IMG/VR virus record: IMGVR_UViG_3300037225_000134
Location: 1 to 61,939 of that record
DNA length: 61,939 nucleotides
Strand: one strand, 5' to 3'
Source: a virus
Lineage: Duplodnaviria; Caudoviricetes
In this document: positions 29,832 to 39,287 of the stretch, one piece after another
Layout of the letters: the number at the start of each line of letters is the position of its first letter
Position numbering within the stretch: the first letter of the stretch is position 1
Translations under genes and position numbers: made by a program
The notes under the pieces: model-generated
The model's database searches: none
What the model was told of the DNA's origin: nothing
What the model saw: only the letters and a program-made list of their open reading frames with translations

Positions 29832-30674
29832 ATGTATGACAGAGATATCAAGAATAGGTTTTCCTGCAAGGTATTAATCGCTACCACAGGAACCATAACA
29901 ACCTTAACAGCAACCACGATTAACGGCAACACCCTTTACAATAGCGGTCTTGCTTTCGCTAATGATGTAACTGTTTCAGCCGGTAAAAACTTTACTATGG
30001 ATGTCGGTGGAGCTGGAACTTTCACTACAGCAGCCGGTACCAATACCCTGAGCGGTAACGTAGTCATAGCAGCCGCAAAGAATCTTACTATGTCTGGTGC
30101 ATCAACTTTCACCACAGGCACAGGCGCGGTATCCCTTAATGGTGATGTCACAATCGCAGCCGCAAAGAATCTTGCAATGTCTGGAGCTGCAACCTTTACC
30201 ACCGGCACGGGCGCGGTAGCTATTAATGGAACTATGACAATAGCAACGGCAAAAACCCTAATCGTAACTGATGCAGATAAGTTAACCGTTGGAGCAGTAA
30301 TTGTACCTCAGGCTATTGAAGTGGCCGTACCAATTAACGCGGCTACCGTTGATGAATGGGTTTTCATGACACCGTTAGTAGGATATACCTTAACGGCAGT
30401 TAGAGAAATCCATACAGTAGCATCCGCAGGCGGTACGACTGTTGATATCAAGAAGACGGCGGCAGCCTCTACAACGGCACCAACGTCCGGTACTACTATG
30501 CTTAATGCAGTAATACCTATGGACTCAACCGCAAACATCGCACAAAGCCCGGCACTTACTGGAACCGGCGCAAACCTGGTTTTAGCAGTCGGAGATAAGG
30601 TAGGCATTCATATTAGTGCAACACTTACCGGCTTGGTAGGCGGTATTATAATGCTGACCTTCAAGAGGTCTTAA
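29832..30674 (+). CDS. Virion fibre or decoration protein with internal repeats
   Basis: Thr/Ala/Gly-rich; repeated IAAAKNLxMSGAxTFTTGTGAV units. Confidence 0.6.
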   Translation: MYDRDIKNRFSCKVLIATTGTITTLTATTINGNTLYNSGLAFANDVTVSAGKNFTMDVGGAGTFTTAAGTNTLSGNVVIAAAKNLTMSGASTFTTGTGAVSLNGDVTIAAAKNLAMSGAATFTTGTGAVAINGTMTIATAKTLIVTDADKLTVGAVIVPQAIEVAVPINAATVDEWVFMTPLVGYTLTAVREIHTVASAGGTTVDIKKTAAASTTAPTSGTTMLNAVIPMDSTANIAQSPALTGTGANLVLAVGDKVGIHISATLTGLVGGIIMLTFKRS

Positions 30675-31221
30675 GCAGGCCTATCATTTGACCAAGGCTA
30701 AACTTTAACACCTTCCGAGGTACTATTTTATCTCGGATTATTTTTCTCAGCCTTGATTTTTAAGTGAATAATTAATAATTATGGAGAGATTAATTTCATG
30801 AAGAGACGGAATAGGATTGATCTGGATGTACTATTAGATCAGGAACTACCTGATAGTGGGTTATATATGGCAGAGACAAACCCGGAGGCTTACAAGGTTC
30901 ATATAGGAATCAGTGTTTTTGTAAACATGCCGGAATACTCCAGGAAACTAAAATTTCTGAAGCTGGAACAACGTGAAAATGGCATGGTATCTGAAGAAGA
31001 ATTCCAGGCTGGAGTTCTAGTATTAGATAACGATATGAAACTATACCCCGGAAAAACATATGAACTAAAGATGACACCCCAAATCAAGGACTTCCTGAGG
31101 CGGGGAATCTTAAGAGGCGGCGGTCGGATGCATGGCTCAATTAATACGCCACGGCCAATAGTAAGATCAATTTTCGAGATAGAAAAAGAGCAAGCACAAA
31201 AGGCAATGGAGGAAGCCGAAA

Positions 31222-31599
31222 ATGTCTAAACAAATTATAGACCCAATAAAAGTAGAAGCGATAACAGTAACGACTGACGGCTCCGGTAACTCGGCAGTAA
31301 AATCAGCAAATATTGTTAATGGTGAGATATTAAAAATCGCTTATGATAAGGGCACTGTAGGCGCGGCTACGACAGTCGCATTAACATCATATACGCCGCT
31401 AGTAGGCACAGTAAGAGAAGCAATTGACTCTTACAACGTGAATACAGCTAGCGTTAACAGGTATCCTTATGCAGCAATAACAGGCGCGGTAGCCGGAGAT
31501 AACAAGTGGGCAAAGTTCGCTGTTAACGATTATCTGTTAGCAACGGTAACGAGTGGAGATACATCTAAGACGTTTACAGTGTACGTGTTCTATAGGTAG
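31222..31599 (+). CDS. Putative virion structural protein
   Basis: Beta-rich composition in the head-to-tail region. Confidence 0.45.
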   Translation: MSKQIIDPIKVEAITVTTDGSGNSAVKSANIVNGEILKIAYDKGTVGAATTVALTSYTPLVGTVREAIDSYNVNTASVNRYPYAAITGAVAGDNKWAKFAVNDYLLATVTSGDTSKTFTVYVFYR

Positions 31600-31608
31600 G
31601 CGGTAATC

Positions 31609-32088
31609 ATGGTTGACTTAGACGATGTAATAGAAGCAATCGAGGATTACACTTATTTGAGTGCGCAATCAAGCGCGGAAGCTGGAGCAACACCCCCGAC
31701 AAACACCAGCGCAAATATCCTCTACGCTACAAGCAGCCGGAGACAAGGTAATGCAACACGATTTTATGCTATGGCTACTTTACAAATAGCTAAGGACTCG
31801 GCAAAAGCTGGCGTAACTCTTGATGATGAGTACACCCTGCAGGCATACGCATACCTGATTCAATACCTATATGAACGAAAGTTTAAAGACTTCAATGCAA
31901 CTTCGGTATCCAGTAGCGGCGACTCGGTAACGAGACCCGGAAGCGGTGCACTGCAGAACTATAAAGCACTCTTCGAGGATAATAAAGTAATTGACACGAC
32001 GATAGTGAGGCATACTGATTATCAGAACTATCCTGCAGATTGGAGAAATACTCAGTTACCTATTGACGATATTAAAATACAAAATTAG
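31609..32088 (+). CDS. Putative head-tail adaptor
   Basis: Position; helical N-half followed by SVSSSGDSVT, typical of adaptors. Confidence 0.55.
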   Translation: MVDLDDVIEAIEDYTYLSAQSSAEAGATPPTNTSANILYATSSRRQGNATRFYAMATLQIAKDSAKAGVTLDDEYTLQAYAYLIQYLYERKFKDFNATSVSSSGDSVTRPGSGALQNYKALFEDNKVIDTTIVRHTDYQNYPADWRNTQLPIDDIKIQN

Positions 32089-32322
32089 GAGGATTATAGT
32101 GAATATTTTCGTATGTCCGAGTTGTGGCTGCATGTATAAGCCACGGGAATATATCAAGCGGTGGAAGCAAACAGGGCCGAAATGTCCTAATTGTGACTCA
32201 TCGATAACTAGAATAACTTTTGGAGGAAAGAAATAATGACTCTAAGTAGGTTAACGGGTATTACTTTTACTATTCTGTTTTTCATTATAGTAGGAATAGC
32301 CCAGACACAAACATGGTAAGAG

Positions 32323-33135
32323 GTGAAAACGATGGAAGTTTGTTTAAACGATGCTAAGACACTCTTTTCATTATGTGTGATGATTTTTGTATTCTTAGCA
32401 ATAGGAGCATTACTAGGCCACAGCAACACGTTTAGTAATACCATAGTAGGCGTAGGCGCATTTGAACAACGAAGCAACTTTAACGGTATGACAGATATAG
32501 CCTCAGTAGCAGACGGCACAGTAAACTATAAGGCGGATGCTCAATGGGGTTTTGATGATAACAGTAAGGCATTACCATTAACATTCAATTCGTCATTCAT
32601 GGTGACGGATGCTAAGACCGTAAAGGGTATGCCATATAGCAACACCTACAAGGTGGGAGTATATTCTGCTTTGGATGGGTATAAGTATAAATTGGAAGCA
32701 ACTAACATTAAAGGAAATTTCTCAGGTAGCGCAAACTTTGCTCTGGTATTAGGAGTAACGACCGATGCAGTAGTAATGATGGATTCCCGAAATGGAAATG
32801 CAGAATTTAAGGGAAGTGTTATCACTACAGGAACCGCAAAGCATCCGATAACGCAATCTGAAACACTGGCACTCGGAAAGTTCATTATCAATCAGGAACT
32901 ACATTTAACTGCAGATCCAAGTACGCCAGCGGTAGCAACAGCCGAGGATTATCTGCAATTCTGTATAGAATTGGATCATGATCTAATATTAGATAAAACC
33001 GTTCCATCTGCAGTTTATATAGCACCGCCTGGTTATACAGTTAACGCAGACGGAAACGTGGTAAAGATTCCAGATGGATATACAGCAAAGAAAGACGGAA
33101 CCTTAGTAAAAAATAGCACTGTGGCGAAAGCATGA
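32323..33135 (+). CDS. Membrane-anchored or secreted beta-rich protein
   Basis: N-terminal hydrophobic helix followed by a beta-rich region. Confidence 0.55.
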   Translation: MKTMEVCLNDAKTLFSLCVMIFVFLAIGALLGHSNTFSNTIVGVGAFEQRSNFNGMTDIASVADGTVNYKADAQWGFDDNSKALPLTFNSSFMVTDAKTVKGMPYSNTYKVGVYSALDGYKYKLEATNIKGNFSGSANFALVLGVTTDAVVMMDSRNGNAEFKGSVITTGTAKHPITQSETLALGKFIINQELHLTADPSTPAVATAEDYLQFCIELDHDLILDKTVPSAVYIAPPGYTVNADGNVVKIPDGYTAKKDGTLVKNSTVAKA

Positions 33136-33509
33136 TAGGCGGCACATATAATAAGCTAGTATTCCCGGTTAAATCAGTAGCAACGGTAAACCGTATCGGT
33201 GAGCCGCTAACCTGGACTACTTCTTATATTTATTATGACGGCATGGTGCATAGAGTAGGCCAACGGACAGCGTTTTCACAACTGACTAAAGGTCTGGATG
33301 CAACAAATATATTCAAAGTTAGGATCGACGAGGATATTAACGTTAATCTTAACGATGTATTCTATATCGGTGGACAAAATGGAGCCTGGAAAGTTAACAG
33401 CGAAGTAGATAAGCACTTCCAGCTTGGTACCGACTTAGTAGAGTATACGGAATTTACCGCTACGAAAACAAGTGGACTTCCAACAAAGGAAACAATCGAT
33501 GGATATTAG
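33132..33509 (+). CDS. Putative head closure protein
   Basis: Position, size, NRIGEP...W pattern. Confidence 0.5.
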   Translation: MIGGTYNKLVFPVKSVATVNRIGEPLTWTTSYIYYDGMVHRVGQRTAFSQLTKGLDATNIFKVRIDEDINVNLNDVFYIGGQNGAWKVNSEVDKHFQLGTDLVEYTEFTATKTSGLPTKETIDGY

Positions 33510-33522
33510 GAGATGAATAATA

Positions 33523-34053
33523 ATGGCAGATGATAATAGTAAAATGGGAAAATTATTAGCTTTAATCGAGTCTCTTAAGGGATTTATTGGAGCTATTCTT
33601 TGCATAGTAGCAACTATAGCACTGGCAGTTATGCCAAATGTAGACGTAACCATTAAGACTACAATTGGTGGAGCTTTAACAGCTTGTGCACTGCAGTACT
33701 TTACATCTCATAGAAATAGCGCACTCAATGATCAGTTAATGGAACTGGTTAAAAATTCTCAGGCAGCTTACTTAAGCACTCAGGGACAGGCTATTGTAAG
33801 CGAATTTAAAGCAGGCAAACTCCCTTCAGCTTCAGAGATCTTAAACCTGGAGCCAATAGTAGCACCTATCGTAGAGGAAGCTAAAGTAGTCGTACCCGCA
33901 CTGGTGGAAGTAGCCAAACAGGATATACCACCTATGGCAAACCCAACACCTGACGTACCAGCACCAGCAACACCTTACCCTGGAGAAGTAAAAGTAGTAA
34001 CTCAGATAACTCCACAGCTTCCATTTGTGACGAACCCGGCGGTCCCACAGTAG
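33523..34053 (+). CDS. Holin-like 2-TM membrane protein
   Basis: Two N-terminal hydrophobic helices, Pro-rich tail. Confidence 0.4.
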   Translation: MADDNSKMGKLLALIESLKGFIGAILCIVATIALAVMPNVDVTIKTTIGGALTACALQYFTSHRNSALNDQLMELVKNSQAAYLSTQGQAIVSEFKAGKLPSASEILNLEPIVAPIVEEAKVVVPALVEVAKQDIPPMANPTPDVPAPATPYPGEVKVVTQITPQLPFVTNPAVPQ

Positions 34054-34062
34054 GGGATCTTC

Positions 34063-34398
34063 ATGGCTGAAATTAAATGGAACGATCACTTAGAAGAGGA
34101 TATAAAAGCATTACTAAAAGCTAAAATGCATGAAGGAGCGCAAATAGTCCTAGAAGAAGCCCAAGGAGAAAGCCCGGTAAAGTCTGGCATGATGAGGGCA
34201 ACGGGCCGGATCGAGGATGAAGGCGACGATGTGCTAATTAAATTCGGCGGCGGCATGGTGGATTATGCTCTCATGCAGCATGAAGTAATGTACTTCTATC
34301 ACCCGGTCGGAAAAGCCAAGTACCTTGAAGACCCATTTAATAGAAATAAACAAAATATTATAGATATCATAAAAGAAGGCGTAGAGGCGATGCAATGA
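34063..34398 (+). CDS. HK97 gp10-like tail completion protein
   Basis: SPVKSGMMR...YALMQHE...GKAKYLEDP. Confidence 0.75.
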   Translation: MAEIKWNDHLEEDIKALLKAKMHEGAQIVLEEAQGESPVKSGMMRATGRIEDEGDDVLIKFGGGMVDYALMQHEVMYFYHPVGKAKYLEDPFNRNKQNIIDIIKEGVEAMQ

Positions 34399-34769
34399 TA
34401 GACATAGCAGAGGATATGATGGCCGCGATTATTTCGGCTGGATATGCCACAGGCGGCGTTGATATTTTTAGGAATGCGCCGTTAGACACGCCGGATAATG
34501 TGATAGTGGTAACTGGAACATCAGGCCAAATACCTATTAGTATACTAGGTGGAACTAATATTAATAAGCCTGGATTCCAAGTACTCGTAAGAAATACGAA
34601 CGCTACTGACGCGATAGATCTATGCGAAAATATCAGAGTATTATTCACCAAAAATACAGTAATTACAGGATATACTTTGATAGATTGCGCACAATCGCAT
34701 TGCACCTTAATGGGTTCTGATGCAAAACTAAGATATCTCGCGGTATGCAATTTCACAACATTTAAATAA
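34395..34769 (+). CDS. Tail terminator / minor capsid protein
   Basis: PDNVIVV...PGFQVLVR...R..CNF pattern and position. Confidence 0.65.
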   Translation: MIDIAEDMMAAIISAGYATGGVDIFRNAPLDTPDNVIVVTGTSGQIPISILGGTNINKPGFQVLVRNTNATDAIDLCENIRVLFTKNTVITGYTLIDCAQSHCTLMGSDAKLRYLAVCNFTTFK

Positions 34770-34793
34770 ATAAAAATATAAGGAGAGATAATT

Positions 34794-35189
34794 ATGGTAG
34801 TTGCAGCAACACCGGTCTATAATACGAAATGGCAGGTAAACGGGTCTACAGTCGGTCTATGTACTTCTCTGAAGGTGCCCAATAAATATACTCTGGTAGA
34901 TATCACAAGCCAGGGTGATGCATTTACCCGAAGATTCCCGACTATTGAAGATTGGTCCATATCTGCAGATGTGGTTATGGATATCGTTAACGATGTGGCT
35001 CAGGCCGCTATTCATACAGCATGGAAGGCTAAGACCACGATAGTATGCGTTATTAACATGGATGCAACAGGCACGCATTACTACACTGGCACAGGCTATG
35101 TGGAAAGCTTCGACAAGACCTTTGATCCGAGTGGAGTAACTAAGGCATCAATAGTAATACAGTGCAACAGCGCATTAGTTTACACTTAA
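34794..35189 (+). CDS. Tail tube protein
   Basis: VDITS...IEDWSISAD...YTGTGYVESF pattern. Confidence 0.75.
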   Translation: MVVAATPVYNTKWQVNGSTVGLCTSLKVPNKYTLVDITSQGDAFTRRFPTIEDWSISADVVMDIVNDVAQAAIHTAWKAKTTIVCVINMDATGTHYYTGTGYVESFDKTFDPSGVTKASIVIQCNSALVYT

Positions 35190-35196
35190 AAATAAA

Positions 35197-35375
35197 TTAG
35201 TCTTTAAACAAGATGTTTAATAAGGCATAATCTCCGAAATATCCTATGGCTGCACAATCATATGCAATGGCAGCATCTTCTTCAATATCATATAATCCTA
35301 AAGAAACATGCTTACCATTTATTTTAATACGTGCGTGCCATTTATTTCTAGTATTGTGCCAATAGGCAACCGGCA
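35197..35375 (-). pseudogene. AP2-domain remnant of an HNH-AP2 homing endonuclease (upstream boundary approximate)
   Basis: KWHARIKINGKHVSLGLYDIEEDAAIAYDCAAIGYFGDYALLN. Confidence 0.75.
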
Positions 35376-35606
35376 AATACCCATAGCAGAATTTTATAAT
35401 ATGGAGCTTCTTTATACCTGCAAAATTTGTAAGGAAGGAATTAAGCGAAGCGGTGTTTGTGGCCTTGATAACTTGGAGCATACCCAAATTTGCCCTATGT
35501 TTGATATTAAAGAATGAATAAAAACACCAAAACGCTTAAATATTTTACAAGCATATAATAGTTTGTGGTGTTTACCACAAATAAAGAATAAAAGGAGAAT
35601 GAATAA

Positions 35607-37079
35607 ATGCCATCTAGTTACGATTGGGGAATGTATAATTATCATCATCCTTCGGGTGATGAAATAGACGATATGACAGATACCGCTGCATTAGCAAATG
35701 ATGATTATTGGACGGCTAATGTAGGTAAACAAATGTCAATTTATCCTAAGTTGGTTTGGTGGCCCGCTGAATCATGGACTTCTATAAAGGCTTGGTTAGA
35801 TGCTGCATTTTCTAGGGGTGGAGAACCTCTTCTTATGCTCTGCAATTCATCAGTTGTAGGAAGGTGGGATAATCCACGAAACTGGATTAATAGTACTTGG
35901 ACAAGTGGAAGTCATGATACAGCCCTAAATACTCTAATAGATAACATAAAGAACTACAGTTTAGACCATATAGTTCATATTAGATTCTTTTGGGAGGGCA
36001 ACAGAAATGTACAACTAAGGCCATTACCATATGATCCAGTTAATTTTCCTGAAGCGGGTTGGTATGCAGACCTAAAAAATGAGAATGGAGTACAACTTAA
36101 TACACCGACTACATTTAAGGATGCATGGAGGTATATAGTAAATAAGTTTAAGACAAGAGGAGCTTCAAACGCTAGGTTTTGGTTTACAGTTGGATCTTAT
36201 GGAAATATTTTGTATAATGGATCTTCCATATTATCACAGATGTATCCTGAAGATGTATCTCACCAATGCGTAGATAATTTGGGTTATGAGATATATGCTA
36301 ATAGAATTACAACTAACTCATATTTGAATGATCCAAATATTACTTACACCTATCCAGCATTAGCGGCTTTAAATGCTACTAAACCCATATTTGTTGTAGA
36401 ATCAGGTTGTCAAAGCAAACCCGGCGATGCAGCATATAAACCGGCATGGTTAGGAAATACATTAAACCCGGCATTGATAAAAGCGGCTTATCCTAGAACT
36501 TGCGGTATATTGTATTGGGATGATTTATCAATACTAGGTGATGGTACTAAGTTCGATCTTAAGGATACTGTAGCGGCTCAAAACATGGCATTAGCTAGGT
36601 TTGGAATAGCTGACTATAGGAATGGATATACAGGACCGTTCTTAAGTGCTGTTAATGGTGGTGGTGCAAATGCAATTCCTAATAGGATGTACCCGTATGG
36701 ATGGGAACAGTTTAAGTTAACTAAAGTTAGCGGAAGCTGGTACTATATCCAGTCATACGATAATCATTACCTGTTTGAGCAAAATGCCGGAGGTGCCGGA
36801 ATCACCTTTGAAGGTACATATGGAGACATTTGGAATAGGGTATTACTTACAAGACAAACAGATGGATACTACACTATGAAATGCTATGATAACGTACATT
36901 TTATTTGTGCTGAAAACGGAGGCGAAACACCAATCAATGCGACAAGAACATCCGCCGGAATATTTGAAAATTGGGGGTTCCATAATATAAGCGGTAACGT
37001 TTATAATATATGGACTAAAAATTATCCGGCATATGGACCTAGATTTCAAGCGATGCCAACGTTAAGTATTATACCGTAA
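35607..37079 (+). CDS. GH26-like glycoside hydrolase with C-terminal fascin/beta-trefoil-like domain
   Basis: IRFFWEGN acid/base motif, AWRYIV, YP..D..GYEIY, KPIFVVESG nucleophile; WEQF and FICAENGG fascin-like motifs. Confidence 0.7.
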   Translation: MPSSYDWGMYNYHHPSGDEIDDMTDTAALANDDYWTANVGKQMSIYPKLVWWPAESWTSIKAWLDAAFSRGGEPLLMLCNSSVVGRWDNPRNWINSTWTSGSHDTALNTLIDNIKNYSLDHIVHIRFFWEGNRNVQLRPLPYDPVNFPEAGWYADLKNENGVQLNTPTTFKDAWRYIVNKFKTRGASNARFWFTVGSYGNILYNGSSILSQMYPEDVSHQCVDNLGYEIYANRITTNSYLNDPNITYTYPALAALNATKPIFVVESGCQSKPGDAAYKPAWLGNTLNPALIKAAYPRTCGILYWDDLSILGDGTKFDLKDTVAAQNMALARFGIADYRNGYTGPFLSAVNGGGANAIPNRMYPYGWEQFKLTKVSGSWYYIQSYDNHYLFEQNAGGAGITFEGTYGDIWNRVLLTRQTDGYYTMKCYDNVHFICAENGGETPINATRTSAGIFENWGFHNISGNVYNIWTKNYPAYGPRFQAMPTLSIIP

Positions 37080-37236
37080 ATTTAATATTTCCTTTTCTTT
37101 TGTTAAATCCTTGTTAACAATGTTACTCTATAAAATTTATTTTTTGAAGAAGTAAATGGTGTTTTCAATTTGGGTATTATATAAATGTTTTGGAGATGAA
37201 TCAAATGATTAAATACATTAAATATGAGGAATTCAT

Positions 37237-38193
37237 ATGGTAGCCACGCCGAGGACCGGCGCGACAAGTGCCGTTTATTCCGTTAAAGGTGCAACAGGGT
37301 CTTTAACAAACGAGCCTATGAATGAGATAGGAGCAGATCCATACTACGCGGTGCATACTTGTTATGAGATTACCGATCCCACTAAGCGGTATTTGGTAAG
37401 AACTGCAGCCGCGACTTTCTGGTATAAGGCTGGCGGTACAGGATCATGGTTAGCACTAACACCTTCTGAAGTTCAATATGCAGGCGGAAGAATAGTAATT
37501 CCAGCGTTATCAGTAGACGACACCGTATCATGCACAGCAACCTATTACACGACTATCACAAAAGCGATAGGCGGCTCAGTGGCAAAAATAGCAGACAAAG
37601 TTAATCTAGTAGCAATACCACTATTAGGAGACTTATTCACTCGGAGATATCCGACATTAAGATCATGGAGTCTTACCCTGGATGAGTTTATTATGCTCAC
37701 CAATGCAGCATATAGCACAGCTCAGGCCTCTAACAAGGATTTAACTTGGTGGCATATGCCTGGTGGAGTAGCTGGAAATTCCTGCACGATAACGTATGCA
37801 GCCGGAACTTTCGGAGTGGCAGTAGTCGGAACCAATATCACTGTATCTATAGGAACATCTAGGACAGCTAACGAAATCATGGCACTAGCAAACTTATCAC
37901 CTGCAGTTAGAGCTATCGGAGTACACGTTGACTTAGCATCCGGCAGTGATGGTACTGGAGTACCGGTAGCTTTCACAGTGCAAAACTTCGTCGGTGGTCT
38001 TGATATCGAAGATAATCATGCAAAATTTGGAGTACCACTCATAGCGATAATTTATGATGTAGAATCCGCTCATATGAGGTACGAAGGCTACTGCTATTTA
38101 GAATCGGCAGATAATAGTTTTCCACCTGCAGAAGTTATCAAAGGTACACTCACTTTCCAAAGTGATGATGCTCTATGGTATAGATTAAGCTAA
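37237..38193 (+). CDS. Second tail-tube-like / tail structural protein
   Basis: FTRRYPTLRSWSL...YEGYCYLES...KGTLTFQ parallels 34794-35189, with inserted domains. Confidence 0.6.
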   Translation: MVATPRTGATSAVYSVKGATGSLTNEPMNEIGADPYYAVHTCYEITDPTKRYLVRTAAATFWYKAGGTGSWLALTPSEVQYAGGRIVIPALSVDDTVSCTATYYTTITKAIGGSVAKIADKVNLVAIPLLGDLFTRRYPTLRSWSLTLDEFIMLTNAAYSTAQASNKDLTWWHMPGGVAGNSCTITYAAGTFGVAVVGTNITVSIGTSRTANEIMALANLSPAVRAIGVHVDLASGSDGTGVPVAFTVQNFVGGLDIEDNHAKFGVPLIAIIYDVESAHMRYEGYCYLESADNSFPPAEVIKGTLTFQSDDALWYRLS

Positions 38194-38206
38194 AGGACGT
38201 TATGAA

Positions 38207-38677
38207 ATGATATTCAAAAACCGTAGCCGAGCGGGTTCTCGGCTTAAAACTAAGAGGAGATTGTTAGAAATGGTACATGTAATAAACTTTTCCAATGATG
38301 GAAAGATGGTTAAAGCCTTTAAATTCCCTACTAAGATAATTAAGAAAATGGAAGCATCTGGCGGAAAGGTAATCTATGGAGAGCATTACCTCGGCAGGAT
38401 CGCGTTAAACGACATTACTAGGGCCATAGGCCTTAGAACTGTATTATCCTGGGTTATCTTCTGGGGTCTTGCATGGTCTAAGGATGAGGCTATGGATGAG
38501 GACTCTATTGATGATATGATAGACAATTATCTTGCAATGGAACTTGACAACGGAACAAGATCCGGCAAATTAGCCGATGAATTAATGATTCCACTCTTTG
38601 CAGGATATGGTATCGACTCAGAAAAGCTTAAGGAAATGGCAAAGGAATCTGAGAAGAAAACCGACAGCCCAAACTGA
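38207..38677 (+). CDS. Tail assembly chaperone G (start may be ATG 38270)
   Basis: Lies between the tail tube and tape measure genes; ends in a slippery heptamer. Confidence 0.7.
   Translation: MIFKNRSRAGSRLKTKRRLLEMVHVINFSNDGKMVKAFKFPTKIIKKMEASGGKVIYGEHYLGRIALNDITRAIGLRTVLSWVIFWGLAWSKDEAMDEDSIDDMIDNYLAMELDNGTRSGKLADELMIPLFAGYGIDSEKLKEMAKESEKKTDSPN
38668..38674 (+). promoter_or_regulatory. Programmed -1 frameshift site C CCA AAC
   Basis: X XXY YYZ directly before TGA; the -1 frame is open for 18 codons and in frame with ATG 38722. Confidence 0.8.
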
Positions 38678-38721
38678 ATTGTCATACTCCTATAAATTGG
38701 GGATTTTATGACAAATTAGCA

Positions 38722-39000
38722 ATGGAATTAGGTTTAATGCCTTGGGAATTTGACGATTTAACTATGCTTGAGGTAGCTTGGTATTCTCAAAGATTATCAA
38801 AAACTATGGAAAATCAACGCTGGTCAAATTGGGAAGTTCCAAAACTAATAAATATAGCTTTAATGAATCCAAAATCGTATCCTACATGGAACGAATATAA
38901 TAAAACATCCGAAGAACCAGAAAAACAAGACTTTAAAGAGAGTCTAAAAGAGCATGGTGTAGATCTACCGGTATATATAAAAGACAAAAAATCGTCTTAG
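38722..39000 (+). CDS. Tail assembly chaperone T part (GT fusion)
   Basis: LGLMPWEFDDLTMLE motif; in the -1 frame of the upstream ORF. Confidence 0.75.
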   Translation: MELGLMPWEFDDLTMLEVAWYSQRLSKTMENQRWSNWEVPKLINIALMNPKSYPTWNEYNKTSEEPEKQDFKESLKEHGVDLPVYIKDKKSS

Positions 39001-39191
39001 TATATGCCGGTTTTTTTGTTTATAATTTGATGCATTCTAATTGTTATCCTTTTTCCATTTGTCATCTGAGTATTTCTTTTAGCATAAAATACATTCCAAT
39101 TTTTATGCGCAAACCACTTTTTTTCAGTAATATCTTTATCAATGTCATCTATCAGGGCTACTTTTCCCTGAGTCAAAACAACTTCAATCAT
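38997..39191 (-). pseudogene. N-terminal remnant of an HNH-AP2 homing endonuclease
   Basis: MIEVVLTQGKVALIDD...KW...YAKR...IRMHQII then truncated; minus-strand RBS and TATA upstream. Confidence 0.75.
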
Positions 39192-39287
39192 AGTATTGCA
39201 CCTCGATATATACTATGCATTCAACCTATATAAAAGTTACTATTAAATATATATAAAAAAGGAGGAATCATTATCGAGGTAGGTGAG

